The position numbers were made by a program, and so were the translations under genes. This document shows, in pieces, positions 11,837 through 21,102 of a stretch of DNA of 64,000 nucleotides (positions are counted from its first letter, which is position 1; each line of letters opens with the position of its first letter). The DNA is from an uncultured Alphaproteobacteria bacterium. Its GTDB lineage: Bacteria; Pseudomonadota; Alphaproteobacteria; Rhizobiales; Beijerinckiaceae. The notes under the pieces are model-generated. The model saw only the letters and a program-made list of their open reading frames with translations, searched no databases and was not told the origin of the DNA. Location of the stretch: NCBI GenBank assembly GCA_963761435.1, contig CAVXHJ010000010.1:929951-993950 (forward strand), written 5' to 3'.

Positions 11837-12457
11837 TCAAGCGAGGTCGTCGATTGCCGCAAGCCGCTCAGCCTCGGCGAGGTCGTCGAGCGTGTTGACG
11901 TTGAAGAACGGATCCAGCGGCTCGGCCGGCCAGGTCACAGTCGCCAATCGGTGGCGCGCGGCCCATTGGCTGATCTTGCGGACGCCCTCGACAACCAGCG
12001 CTTCGCGCAGCCCATCGCGCAGCGTGAGGCTCCAGAGCCCGACGACGGGATGCGATCGCCCGTTGGAGGCCGCGACCGCGAGTTCGGCGCCGTCCGCGAT
12101 CACCGCCCGGCCCAGACGGGAGACAAGATCGCGCGGCAGGAACGGGCAGTCCCCCGGCGCGCTGAGAATCCACGGCGCCTTCGGCCTGTTCGCCGCGGCC
12201 CAGTCGAGCGCGGCGAGGATTCCGGCTAGCGGTCCCGGATAGCCCCCGACCCCGTCGGCGACGATGGGCAGGCCGAACGAGGCGAAGCGCCGAGGATCGC
12301 CGTTCGCGCTGATGACCAAGCTTTCGCATTGCGGCTCGAGCCGGGCGACAACCCGGGCGAGGATCGTGCGGCCGCCGATTTCGCGCAGCGGCTTATCCCC
12401 GCCGCGCATGCGGCGCGCCAGACCCCCCGCGAGCACCACGCCGGGCGACAGCCCCAA
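11837..12457 (-). CDS. mobA: Molybdenum cofactor guanylyltransferase
   Basis: [38 protein letters not shown]. Confidence 0.93.
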   Translation of the reverse strand: MGLSPGVVLAGGLARRMRGGDKPLREIGGRTILARVVARLEPQCESLVISANGDPRRFASFGLPIVADGVGGYPGPLAGILAALDWAAANRPKAPWILSAPGDCPFLPRDLVSRLGRAVIADGAELAVAASNGRSHPVVGLWSLTLRDGLREALVVEGVRKISQWAARHRLATVTWPAEPLDPFFNVNTLDDLAEAERLAAIDDLA

Positions 12458-12621
12458 GTTCAGTCGTCACGGTCGGCGTCTTGCATGCGTGAGGCGGATT
12501 CGATGTCAATCGTCGCTGGCGCCATTGCCGGACGGCCGGTTGAGCGGAATAGGCTCGCGATCGCTTCTATCACGGCGGGGGCGCGATTGACGCTCCGCAA
12601 ACGAATGGCGCAGGTTAGGAC

Positions 12622-12879
12622 ATGGCCGTCATCAAGCTCGACCTATCGGGGCTGAGGTGCCCTCTCCCGGCGCTCAAGACCCGAAAAGCCCTGAAAACCC
12701 TGACCCCTGGCGATCGGCTGGAAGTGCGTTGCACCGATCCGCTCGCGGCAATCGACATTCCCCATCTCGTCGGAGTGACCGGCGACCGGTTGGAGGGCGT
12801 CGAGCGTGGCGAGCGCGACACAGTCTTCCTGATTGAGAAATCCTATCCGCCGGCGGCGTCAAGACCGCCGTCTGATTGA
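12622..12879 (+). CDS. tusA: Sulfurtransferase TusA family protein
   Basis: LDLSGLRCPLP, TDP..DIP motifs; AGGA RBS. Confidence 0.88.
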   Translation: MAVIKLDLSGLRCPLPALKTRKALKTLTPGDRLEVRCTDPLAAIDIPHLVGVTGDRLEGVERGERDTVFLIEKSYPPAASRPPSD

Positions 12880-12990
12880 TCCTAGCCGGAGCGCACCGCG
12901 GTATTCCGCCGGGACCAGGCGGTCTCGCCAAGCGCAGACGCCAAAACGGCCCAATGGCGTCCGCTCAGGGATATTTTTGCTCGCCGCCCC

Positions 12991-13028
12991 TTGCATAAGC
13001 GTGCTCACTATATTATAAGCATGCTTAT
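12991..13028 (+). promoter_or_regulatory. Promoter and MarR-type operator of marR-emrAB
   Basis: TTGCAT (12991) N17 TATAAG (13014); perfect palindrome ATAAGCATGCTTAT 13015-13028 and a degenerate copy ATAAGCGTGCTCAC at 12995. Confidence 0.7.
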
Positions 13029-13050
13029 GTTATCACTTGCTCAAAAACCC

Positions 13051-13509
13051 ATGGTCTCGCAGCCCATGGTCTCGCCGGCGCGCGAACTCGGCTTCGCGCT
13101 CCACGACGTGGCGCGCCTACTCAGGACCTATTCCGACCAGCGCGCCCGCGAACTTGGCACGACGCGGGCCCAGTGGGCGGTGCTCTCGCGCCTGCAGCGC
13201 TGCGAGGGCGTCAAGCAGAGCGAACTTGCGGAGGCGCTCGACCTCGCGCCGATCACCCTCGGGCGCCTGATCGACAAACTGACGGCTGCAGGCCTCGTCG
13301 AGCGGCGCGACGATGCGGCCGACCGCCGCGCCAACCGCCTCTACCTGACCGAAAAGGCGACGCCGGCTCTAAAGGAACTCGGCGCACTCGCCGAGGACCT
13401 GATGGGACGGGCGCTGGCGGGCGTCGACGAAACGACGATCCGCGTCATGCACGACGGCCTCAAGGTCATCAAAGCCAACGTCAAGAATCAATTGACTCCT
13501 GGAGCCTGA
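13051..13509 (+). CDS. MarR/SlyA-family transcriptional regulator
   Basis: LHDVARLLR, TRAQWAVL, QSELAEALD..TLGRLIDKL, DRRANRLYLT. Confidence 0.92.
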   Translation: MVSQPMVSPARELGFALHDVARLLRTYSDQRARELGTTRAQWAVLSRLQRCEGVKQSELAEALDLAPITLGRLIDKLTAAGLVERRDDAADRRANRLYLTEKATPALKELGALAEDLMGRALAGVDETTIRVMHDGLKVIKANVKNQLTPGA

Positions 13510-13513
13510 CAAA

Positions 13514-14876
13514 GTGACCCAACCAAAGTCGGCCGCCGGGCGCGATCCCGCGCCCGAGGACCCGTCCAAGCCCGCCCTACCCGCGGCGCAGCCGCTGGCC
13601 TTTACGCCGGCGAAAAGCGCCGCTCCGCCGGCGACTGGACGCGAGACAGCCCCACAAACGCCGTCCGCCCAGCCGTCGCAGCCGATCCAGTTCACGCCGG
13701 CCCGAACGCCTCCGCCGACCCCGCAATCTCCCCCGGCGGCGCGCGCCGCCGGCCGCCGAGAAGCCGATCACGATCAAGAAGAAGCGCGGCGTGAGCCGCT
13801 TCGTCATGCTGGTCGTGATCCCGCTCGTTGCGCTGGCGCTCGGCTTCAGCTGGTGGCTTAGCAGCGGGCGCTATGTCTCGACCGACAACGCCTATGTCGG
13901 CGCCGACAAGTCGCTCATCACGCCCCAGGTCACAGGCGCGATCACGGCTGTTCATGTGGTCGAAGGGCAGCAGGTCAAGGTCGGCGATCCGTTGTTCGAT
14001 ATCGATTCGCAGCCCTACGAGATCGCGCTCGCGCTCGCCAAGGGCCGCCTCGAAGCGGCGAAGGTCGAATTCGCCAACTTGAAATCCTCGTACCTGAGCA
14101 ACGCGGAACAGATCAAAATGGGCGAGGACGCCGTCGCCGTGCGCCAGACCGACTTTGACCGGAAGAACGGTCTTGCGATCCATGGCACGGGAACCACCGC
14201 CGATCGCGACACCTCGATGGGCAACCTCATCCAGGCCAAACAGATCCTCGAATTCGTCCGTCAGCAGCAGGCGACTGTGACGGTGAAGCTCGGCGGCGGC
14301 CCCGACGCGTCGATCGACAACTTCCCCGACTACATGCAGGCGAAGGCAGGACTCGAGGATGCCGAGCGCAATCTGCGCGACACCAAGGTGGTCGCGCCGA
14401 TCGACGGCGTTGCGACGCAAGTGCCCGAGATTCAGGTTGGGCGCGTGGCGGCCGCGGGCCAGCCGGTCTTCGCGATTGTCGCCAACACCGGCCTCTGGGT
14501 CGACGCCAATCCGAAGGAATCGGACTTGACCTACGTCCACGCCGGCCTGCCGGCGCGGGTGAGCGTCGACACGTTCCCTGACCGGGAATGGAAAGGCTCG
14601 ATCTGCTCGATCGCCCCGGGCACGGGGGCGCAGTTCGCGATCCTGCCGGCGCAGAACGCGACCGGAAACTGGGTGAAAGTCGTCCAGCGGGTGCCGCTCC
14701 GGTTCTGCTTCGATCCGAAGGAGGACACGACGGGCCTGCGAGCGGGCATGAGCGCCTATCTGACGATCGACACCGGGCGTACGCGCACGCTTGCCGGCAC
14801 GCTTGAAGGGATCAAGCAGTGGGTCGTCGGATACGTTGACACTCTTCTCGGCGCGAGGACGGCCGTCATCCGATGA
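13514..14876 (+). CDS. emrA: EmrA/HlyD-family membrane fusion protein with Pro-rich N-terminus (frameshift near 13745)
   Basis: TM then STDNAYV, APIDG, ANPKESDL, FAILPAQNATGNWVKVVQRVP; upstream Pro-rich ORF 13514 joins via PAAEKPITIKKKRG after a one-base shift. Confidence 0.88.
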
Positions 14877-16440
14877 ACGCGGCCGTTCCCGCTCCGCCGC
14901 TCTACGAGACCATCTCGCCAACGCTGCGATGGCTCTTGACCGTCTGCATCATGATGGCGACAATCATGCAGGCGCTCGACACGACCATCGCCAACGTCGC
15001 CCTGCCCTATATGCAGGGTTCGCTCTCGACGACCCAGGACCAGATCAACTGGGTCCTGACCTCCTACATCGTCGCCGCGGCGATCATGACCTCGCCGCTC
15101 GGGTGGATGGCGGCCCGCTTCGGGCGCAAGCGGCTGTTCATCGTCTGCACCGCCGGCTTCACCGTCGCCTCTATGCTGTGCGGGGTTGCGCTCACGATCG
15201 AGCAGATGGTCGCCTACCGGCTCTTGCAGGGCGTGTTCGGCGCGGCGCTGGTGCCCCTCTCCCAAGCGGTGATGCTCGACATTTTTCCCCGGCGCGGCGC
15301 GGCTCGGCGATGGCGATCTGGGGCATGGGAGTGATGCTCGGGCCGATCATGGGTCCGACGCTGGGGGGCTTTCTCACCGACTCCTATTCCTGGCGCTGGG
15401 TATTCTTCGTCAACCTTCCATTCGGAATTCTCACCACCGCGGGCTTATGGCTCTTCATGAGCGAAACCCCGACCCGCCGGGACGTGCCCTTTTCCTGGTT
15501 CGGTTTCCTGAGCCTCTCGCTTGGCATCGGATCCTTGCAGATGATGCTCGATCGCGGCGAACAGCTCGGCTGGTTCGATTCGCCCGAGATCATCCTCGAG
15601 ACGATCCTCGCTTGCGTCGGCTTCTACTTCTTTCTCGCCGACTGCTTCACCTCCAGCCGGCCGTTCATCACCGTTCGCATTTTCCGCGACTGGAATTTCT
15701 CCATCGCCCTCGTCTTCATGTTCCTGATCGGCATCATCCTGCTCGCGACCATGGCCCTGGTGACGCCGTTCATCCAGAACATGCTTGGCTACCCGGTGCT
15801 GTCGAGCGGCTATCTGCTTGGCACACGGGGCATCGGCACATTCGTGGCGATGTTCCTGGTCGGGCGCCTCAGCGGCAAGGTCGATGCGCGCCTGCTCATC
15901 TTCATCGGCCTCGTGTTGGCGACCTCGTCGCTCTGGCTGATGGTCGGCTGGTCGCTTGACGTCCCGGCGAGCGTCATCGCCATCAATTCGGTCGCGCAGG
16001 GGTTCGGCCTCGGCTTCATCTTCGTGCCGCTCAACACCATCGCCTTCGCCAGCCTGCCGGGCGAACTGCGCACCGAGGGCGCCGCTCTGTGGACGCTGAT
16101 CCGCAACATCGGATCGGCGGTCGGCATCTCGATCGTCATCGCCCGGCTGACGAGCTCGATCACCATATTCCACAGCCAGCTCGTCGAGCACGTGACGCCG
16201 TTCAACGACGCGATGCGAATGCCCAACGCCTCGATGCTCTCGGGACACGGCTTGCCGAGTCTGGCGATGCTCGAAGGCATCGTCACCCAGCAGGCGGCGG
16301 CGATGGCCTATTCGAACGATTTCCTGTTCATGACCTTCATTTCGCTCTGCGCCTTCCCGCTGCTCGCTCTCATCCGCTCGCCGAAGTCGGTGGCCGCGGC
16401 CGCGTCTCGTGAAGCCGCGGCCCATGCGGTGATGGACTAG
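14873..16440 (+). CDS. emrB: EmrB/QacA DHA2 MFS efflux permease (frameshift near 15288)
   Basis: MQALDTTIANVALP, WVLTSYIVA, WRWVFFVNLP, LDRGEQLGWF; break at the homopolymer ATTTTTCCCCGG. Confidence 0.92.
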
Positions 16441-16626
16441 AGCCTGTTGCGTTCGGGCGGAGCCAGACTCGTCATTTGCGAGCGTGAGCGAAGCAATCCA
16501 TGAGAATGTCGGGCCTTGCGTTCCCCTGGATTGCCTCGTCGCCATAGCCCGTCGGAGACGGGCGTTCGGAAGAACGCCTATCGCTCCTCGCGACTGACGA
16601 TTCCAGGCCGGCGCAAGCTGCTCCAG
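16437..16626. repeat. MITE-like element B enclosing a GTCATTGCGAG-type REP doublet
   Basis: GTCATTTGCGAGCGTGAGCGAAGCAATCCA..TGGATTGCCTCGTCGC..CTCCTCGCGACTGAC palindrome; left end TGTTGCGTTCGGGCGGAGCCAGACT recurs inverted at ~38650-38690; degenerate ends CTAGAGCCTGTTGCG / CGCAAGCTGCTCCAG. Confidence 0.65.
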
Positions 16627-16678
16627 GCCGTCGATCCGGTCGATGACGCCAATGGCGCCGGTCAGACCCAAGCCTGGA

Positions 16679-16891
16679 GGAAGCCCAGCAAAGACTCCGG
16701 GAAGCCCAGCAAAGGAAACCGGAAGCGGGGCAAAGGAATCCGGAAAGGTATCAAAGGAAAACCCTTCCGCGGATTGGGCCTTTTCAATGGGTTACGACGA
16801 TCCGGGGCAAAAACCCGCTTCTCCGCGCCGCTCCTCGAGGCGGCGCGTTCGGCGACAGGACCACTCTATCCGTGGTTTCTGATAATCGCAA
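16679..16891 (-). repeat. Dispersed cassette copy 1: sigma70-like promoter, hairpin, conserved core, four 21-nt repeats
   Basis: Minus strand TTGCGA (16886-91) N17 TAGAGT (16863-68); core GGATTGGGCCTTTTCAATGGGTTACG 16771-96; GGAA-starting 21-mers at 16679, 16700, 16721, 16742. Confidence 0.75.
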
Positions 16892-16901
16892 GAAAAAGTC
16901 G

Positions 16902-17192
16902 CGCTCTTATGGCGTTATCTGTTGGTCGACCGGTTTGCTGTTCGTTCGTCGAACCCTTGCCGTCATGGCCGGGCTTGTCCGGCCATCCACGCCGGGCCGC
17001 CGCAAGAACGAGTCCCGCCTCGGCGCGACGGCAGGAAGGCGGACGGTCGCAAGGCTTTTCGCGCTTGCCTGCGTAGATGCGCTGGGCCTTCGGGATGGCC
17101 GGGACAAGCCCGGCCATGACGCCTTGATGGCGCCGTCCGCCACCTCCGCCATGCTCCCGATTCCTTCCCCACAACAGCCAACGATAAGAGCG
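16902..17192. mobile_element. MITE A copy 1
   Basis: Terminal inverted repeats GCTCTTAT..ATAAGAGC (imperfect to ~23 bp); internal REP-like doublet GTCATGGCCGGGCTTGTCC.. / ..GGACAAGCCCGGCCATGAC; no transposase. Confidence 0.85.
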
Positions 17193-17195
17193 GCT

Positions 17196-17491
17196 GGCTC
17201 TTATGGCGTTATGTGTTGGTCGACCGGTTTGCTGTTCGTTCGTCGAACCCTTGCCGTCATGGCCGGGCTTGTCCCGGCCATCCACGCCGGGCCGCCGCAA
17301 GAACGAGTCCCGCCTCGGCGCGACCGGCAGGAAGGCGGACGGTCGCAAGGCTTTTCGCGCTTGCCTGCGTAGATGCGCTGGGCCTTCGGGGATGGCCGGG
17401 ACAAGCCCGGCCATGACGCCTTGATGGCGCCGTCCGCCACCTCCGCCATGCTCCCAATTCCTTGCCCACAACAGCCAACGCGATAAGAGCG
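17196..17491. mobile_element. MITE A copy 2 (tandem with copy 1)
   Basis: Near-identical direct repeat of copy 1, separated by 3 nt. Confidence 0.85.
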
Positions 17492-17547
17492 AAAGCCGGC
17501 GCCAGTTGCTCTCGTCGCGCCCAACCCAGATTGAAGCCGCTCCCCGG

Positions 17548-18189
17548 CTAGAGGGCGATCGCGATCGCTTCGCGGCCTTTGGGTGTCTCGACAACGCGCA
17601 TCGAAACCGGTTGGCCTTCAAAGAGGCTCGAGACTCCTGCAGCGCCAAGAATCGAGCTGTGGAGGAAGACGTCCTTGCCAAAGTCGTCGCTGGCGACGAA
17701 GCCGAAGCCGCGAGCCCCATCAAACCATTTGACCTTGCCGGTCATATTCACTGCGGTCGACGCGTCGGGAGGCGGTCGTCGCGGTGGCCGCTCCGGCCGT
17801 TCCACAACGCTCGCGGTGTCGACCTCGATAACCCGGACCACCTGCGCGCCTCGGGACCCGGAGCGGACGACAGCGCGAATCTTGGCGCCGGAAGGCAGCG
17901 TCTCGCGTCCGATCTGTCGTAAGGTCTTAAGATGCACGAAAGCATCGCCTCCGCCGCCCGTCAGCTCGACGAAGCCATAGCTCTTCTCGGCGTTGAACCA
18001 TTTCACAATCGCCTCGACCGTCAACCCGCTGGCCAACGGATCGTCGCTCGCCGCAGAAGCGCCGAAAGCCGTGGTTGTGTCCTCTCGGTCTCGCGCCAAG
18101 CCACGCGATTCTGACGGCTCCGGGGCCTCCACAAGGCGCTCGTCCTCTTCGAACGCGAACCTGACGGGGGCTCCGCAACTGATGCACAT
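17548..18189 (-). CDS. Cold-shock protein with two CSD domains
   Basis: VKWFNAEKSYGFV..DAFVH and VKWFDGARGFGFV..DVFLH; start ATG 18189, or ATG 18196 with a frameshift. Confidence 0.88.
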   Translation of the reverse strand: MCISCGAPVRFAFEEDERLVEAPEPSESRGLARDREDTTTAFGASAASDDPLASGLTVEAIVKWFNAEKSYGFVELTGGGGDAFVHLKTLRQIGRETLPSGAKIRAVVRSGSRGAQVVRVIEVDTASVVERPERPPRRPPPDASTAVNMTGKVKWFDGARGFGFVASDDFGKDVFLHSSILGAAGVSSLFEGQPVSMRVVETPKGREAIAIAL

Positions 18190-18598
18190 TACCCATTGCT
18201 CCAATCCTCCGTGACAACCCTCGCTCGGACCGCCTCCCGCTCGAAAACCCGCGCCATCCGCCATAACGCCGCAACGACCGGCGCTGCTGCGCGATCTACG
18301 CTCGCGCCGATAGCCCAAGTTCACTTTCGGGGTGCGCTCCCACCGAGCGCCCGGACATCCCACCGTCGTCCGGAACACCCGAACTCTAAGACGGCGCTGC
18401 AGCGGGGGCAGTGAGCGGCGTCACAGCGCGGGCCGGCGGAGCGGTGTATGGGTTTATTGGGGTGGCGCGGTCCCATAAACGGCGCCGGCGCGGAGAATGG
18501 CTTTTGGCAGGGCGGCGAAACGCCGCCGATTCAGCGATAAAATGCCTGACAGTTTATGGCGCGCGCACCGCAGCGGGCGAGTAGCCCCGCTGTCTCGC

Positions 18599-20935
18599 TC
18601 ACGCCACGCGCGCCATCGCGATCGCGCGCGCGCCACGCTGGACCCTCGGCAGGATGACCACCGCCACCGCCCCCTCGCCCGCGCGCGGCTGGAGACGCAG
18701 CGTCCCGCCATGGAGCTCGACCAGCGAATTGGCGATCGCAAGCCCGAGCCCCGATCCCTTCATGCCGTTGGCCATGGCAACGTCGCCCTGCTCGAAAGGC
18801 CGACCAAGGCGCGCGACATCCTCGGCGGCAATGCCCGGCCCATTGTCCTCGACCGTGAAGCGGATCAGTTCGGCGACCGTGACGGCGCCGATCGTGACCT
18901 CTCCGCCCTCAGGCGCGAACTTCACCGCGTTGCGCATCAGCGTGGTGAGAATCCGCTCGACCGCCATGGGGTCCGCCTCGAGCATCATTTCCGAGCCGAC
19001 CTCGACCTTGACTTCGATCCGTTTCTCCCGCGCTGCCGGCGCGATATCGAGCACCGCTCGGCTCACCGCCTGCTCGGCGTGGAAGCGGGCGTAGGACAGG
19101 CGTTCCCGGCCTGCTTCGAGCCGCGCCATGTCAAGAACGTCGCCAATCACATGCATCAGATATTCGCCGCTCGCCAGAATGTGAGCGCAGTAATCGTGGT
19201 ACTTTTGCGATCCGAGCGGCCCGAAGGTCTGGCTGCCCATCAACTGCGAGAAGCCGATGATCGCGTTGAGCGGCGTTCGCAATTCGTGGCTCATGTTGGC
19301 GAGGAACTCCGCCTTGGCGCGGTTGGCGGCCTCGGCGCGCGATTTCTGCTCGTGGTAGCGCTCGGCCAGATCGGCAAGCTGCTGGGCCTGCTCCTCGAGC
19401 GACCGGCGCGACTGTTTGAGCTGAGCCACGGTGGCGAGAAGCAGCCTCTCGGAGTTCACAAGCTGCTGTTCATGCTCCTTGAGGGCGGTGATGTCCGCGC
19501 CGACCGACACATAGCCGCCGTCGTGCGTCGGGCGCTCGTTGATCTGAAGCCACCGCCCGTCGGCAAGGCGCGCTTCGTAGGTGCGCGACCGGCCGGCAAG
19601 GGCGCCGTCGCCCGGGCGGGCGAACGGGGCGCGGCGAGCGCCGGGCTGCGCCGCCTCGTCGGCGACATTGCATAGACTTTGATACTTCGAGTTGCATAAC
19701 ACGAGCCGGTTGCCCGAATCCCACAAGACGAACGCCTCCGAGATCGCCTCGATCGCATCACGCAGGCGCTGGTCGGAGGTTGCCGACAGTTCGGCTTCGC
19801 GCTTGCGCTCTGTGACGTCGAAGGCGATGCCGACCAGGCTAGCCGAGCCGGTCTCCGCATCCTCCAGGACATCCGCCCGTTTTCGAAGCCATACCCAACG
19901 CCCGTCCGCCGCCCGCATCCGAAACTCGATGTCGACGCACTCGCCCCGGCGCTCCGCGGCCGCTCGCGCGATCGTCTCCAGTCTGAGGTCGTCGGGGTGC
20001 ACGAGAGGTTGCAGGTCAGCGATGGACCAGGAGCCGGGACGCTGATCGAACCCGAGCAGATCGAACATCGAGGCCGACCACTGTATGCGGCCGCTCCCCA
20101 GATCCCACGTCCACAAACCGCAACATCCGCGATTGAGCGCCAAGTCGACGAGGGCGCGCCGCGCACGCTCTTCCCGTACGAGCCTGCGCTTGCCTCTGGT
20201 CTCGATCGCGTAGAGCGAGGCCGCGAAAAGAATCAAAGCAATTGTCGAGGCAAGCAGGAAGACCGTCACGACCGTGGTGCGCCACCATGCGGCGAGATGC
20301 AGGTCCACCGGCGAAGCAAAGGCCACCCGCGCCGTTGTTTTCGACAGCGTTCGCACCGCGGCAAACTGCTCGTCGCCACGCTCCGTCCGCAGGCGGATCA
20401 CGCCGTCTCGATCGTCGCGCGCCGCCACGGCGCCTCGGCCGCCGGCAAGGACCGCCAACGGAGAATCGGAGCCTGCCTGCGTCTGGTCGTATTCGACCAG
20501 ACGTTCGTCGCGGTCCACGAGGATCGATTGAGCGAACCGTTCCTCGGGATGGGCGTCGAGAACGCGCCGGAAGATTTCGGCCGCCGACACTTGCGGCTCG
20601 GCGCTCAGCGCCGCGTCCAGCTGCTCGGCAAGAAGCGTGGCCCGCATGTCGACCTCGCGGGCGGCGGCGCTGAGCGCCAGGTCGCGCTCGAACCGCAATT
20701 GCTGAAGCGTCAGGGCCATGATTCCAACGATCGCCACGGCGACCCCGATCGAGGCCGCCGACGGCGCCGACCTGAGGCGCGCCCCGGCGCTTGCGATGCG
20801 CCGACGCACCCGTCCGAGCGTCAGGACCGGGCGGCGCGCGCACGCCAGGGCGAAGCGAAACGCCGCTTCGCCGCCCAGCGCTCGAGCTGGCCCTTCCGTA
20901 CAAGCGTCCCCGTTTGCCGCGCTTACACGCGTCAT
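18599..20935 (-). CDS. pleC: PAS-domain sensor histidine kinase PleC
   Basis: MTRVSAAN N-terminus, two TMs, PAS folds, [36 protein letters not shown], HATPase GSGLGL; downstream of pepN as in rhizobia. Confidence 0.85.
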   Translation of the reverse strand: MTRVSAANGDACTEGPARALGGEAAFRFALACARRPVLTLGRVRRRIASAGARLRSAPSAASIGVAVAIVGIMALTLQQLRFERDLALSAAAREVDMRATLLAEQLDAALSAEPQVSAAEIFRRVLDAHPEERFAQSILVDRDERLVEYDQTQAGSDSPLAVLAGGRGAVAARDDRDGVIRLRTERGDEQFAAVRTLSKTTARVAFASPVDLHLAAWWRTTVVTVFLLASTIALILFAASLYAIETRGKRRLVREERARRALVDLALNRGCCGLWTWDLGSGRIQWSASMFDLLGFDQRPGSWSIADLQPLVHPDDLRLETIARAAAERRGECVDIEFRMRAADGRWVWLRKRADVLEDAETGSASLVGIAFDVTERKREAELSATSDQRLRDAIEAISEAFVLWDSGNRLVLCNSKYQSLCNVADEAAQPGARRAPFARPGDGALAGRSRTYEARLADGRWLQINERPTHDGGYVSVGADITALKEHEQQLVNSERLLLATVAQLKQSRRSLEEQAQQLADLAERYHEQKSRAEAANRAKAEFLANMSHELRTPLNAIIGFSQLMGSQTFGPLGSQKYHDYCAHILASGEYLMHVIGDVLDMARLEAGRERLSYARFHAEQAVSRAVLDIAPAAREKRIEVKVEVGSEMMLEADPMAVERILTTLMRNAVKFAPEGGEVTIGAVTVAELIRFTVEDNGPGIAAEDVARLGRPFEQGDVAMANGMKGSGLGLAIANSLVELHGGTLRLQPRAGEGAVAVVILPRVQRGARAIAMARVA

Positions 20936-21102
20936 CGCCCTTCCCAGACTTCGCCACAAATTACACTCGGGCAGCCGCCTTTACGCCCGAATCACTACGA
21001 TAAGAATCCTTGTGCGAATCTTTGTCCATACCCTTGACAGGGGGTCGGGGGAAAAAATGTGGCGGCCGGGCGGCGGCGAGAATCGCCTCCCCGCCGGACG
21101 TC

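Noticed and set aside
16679-17491. CRISPR array
   Set aside because: The 21-nt units abut with no unique spacers, the 290-bp units are whole-element duplicates, and no cas genes are present.
16866-17723. Short ORFs in MITE A (and at 38703-39099) as proteins or toxins
   Set aside because: Open frames occur on both strands, are changed by indels between copies and lack RBS or motifs; they are by-products of GC-rich palindromes.
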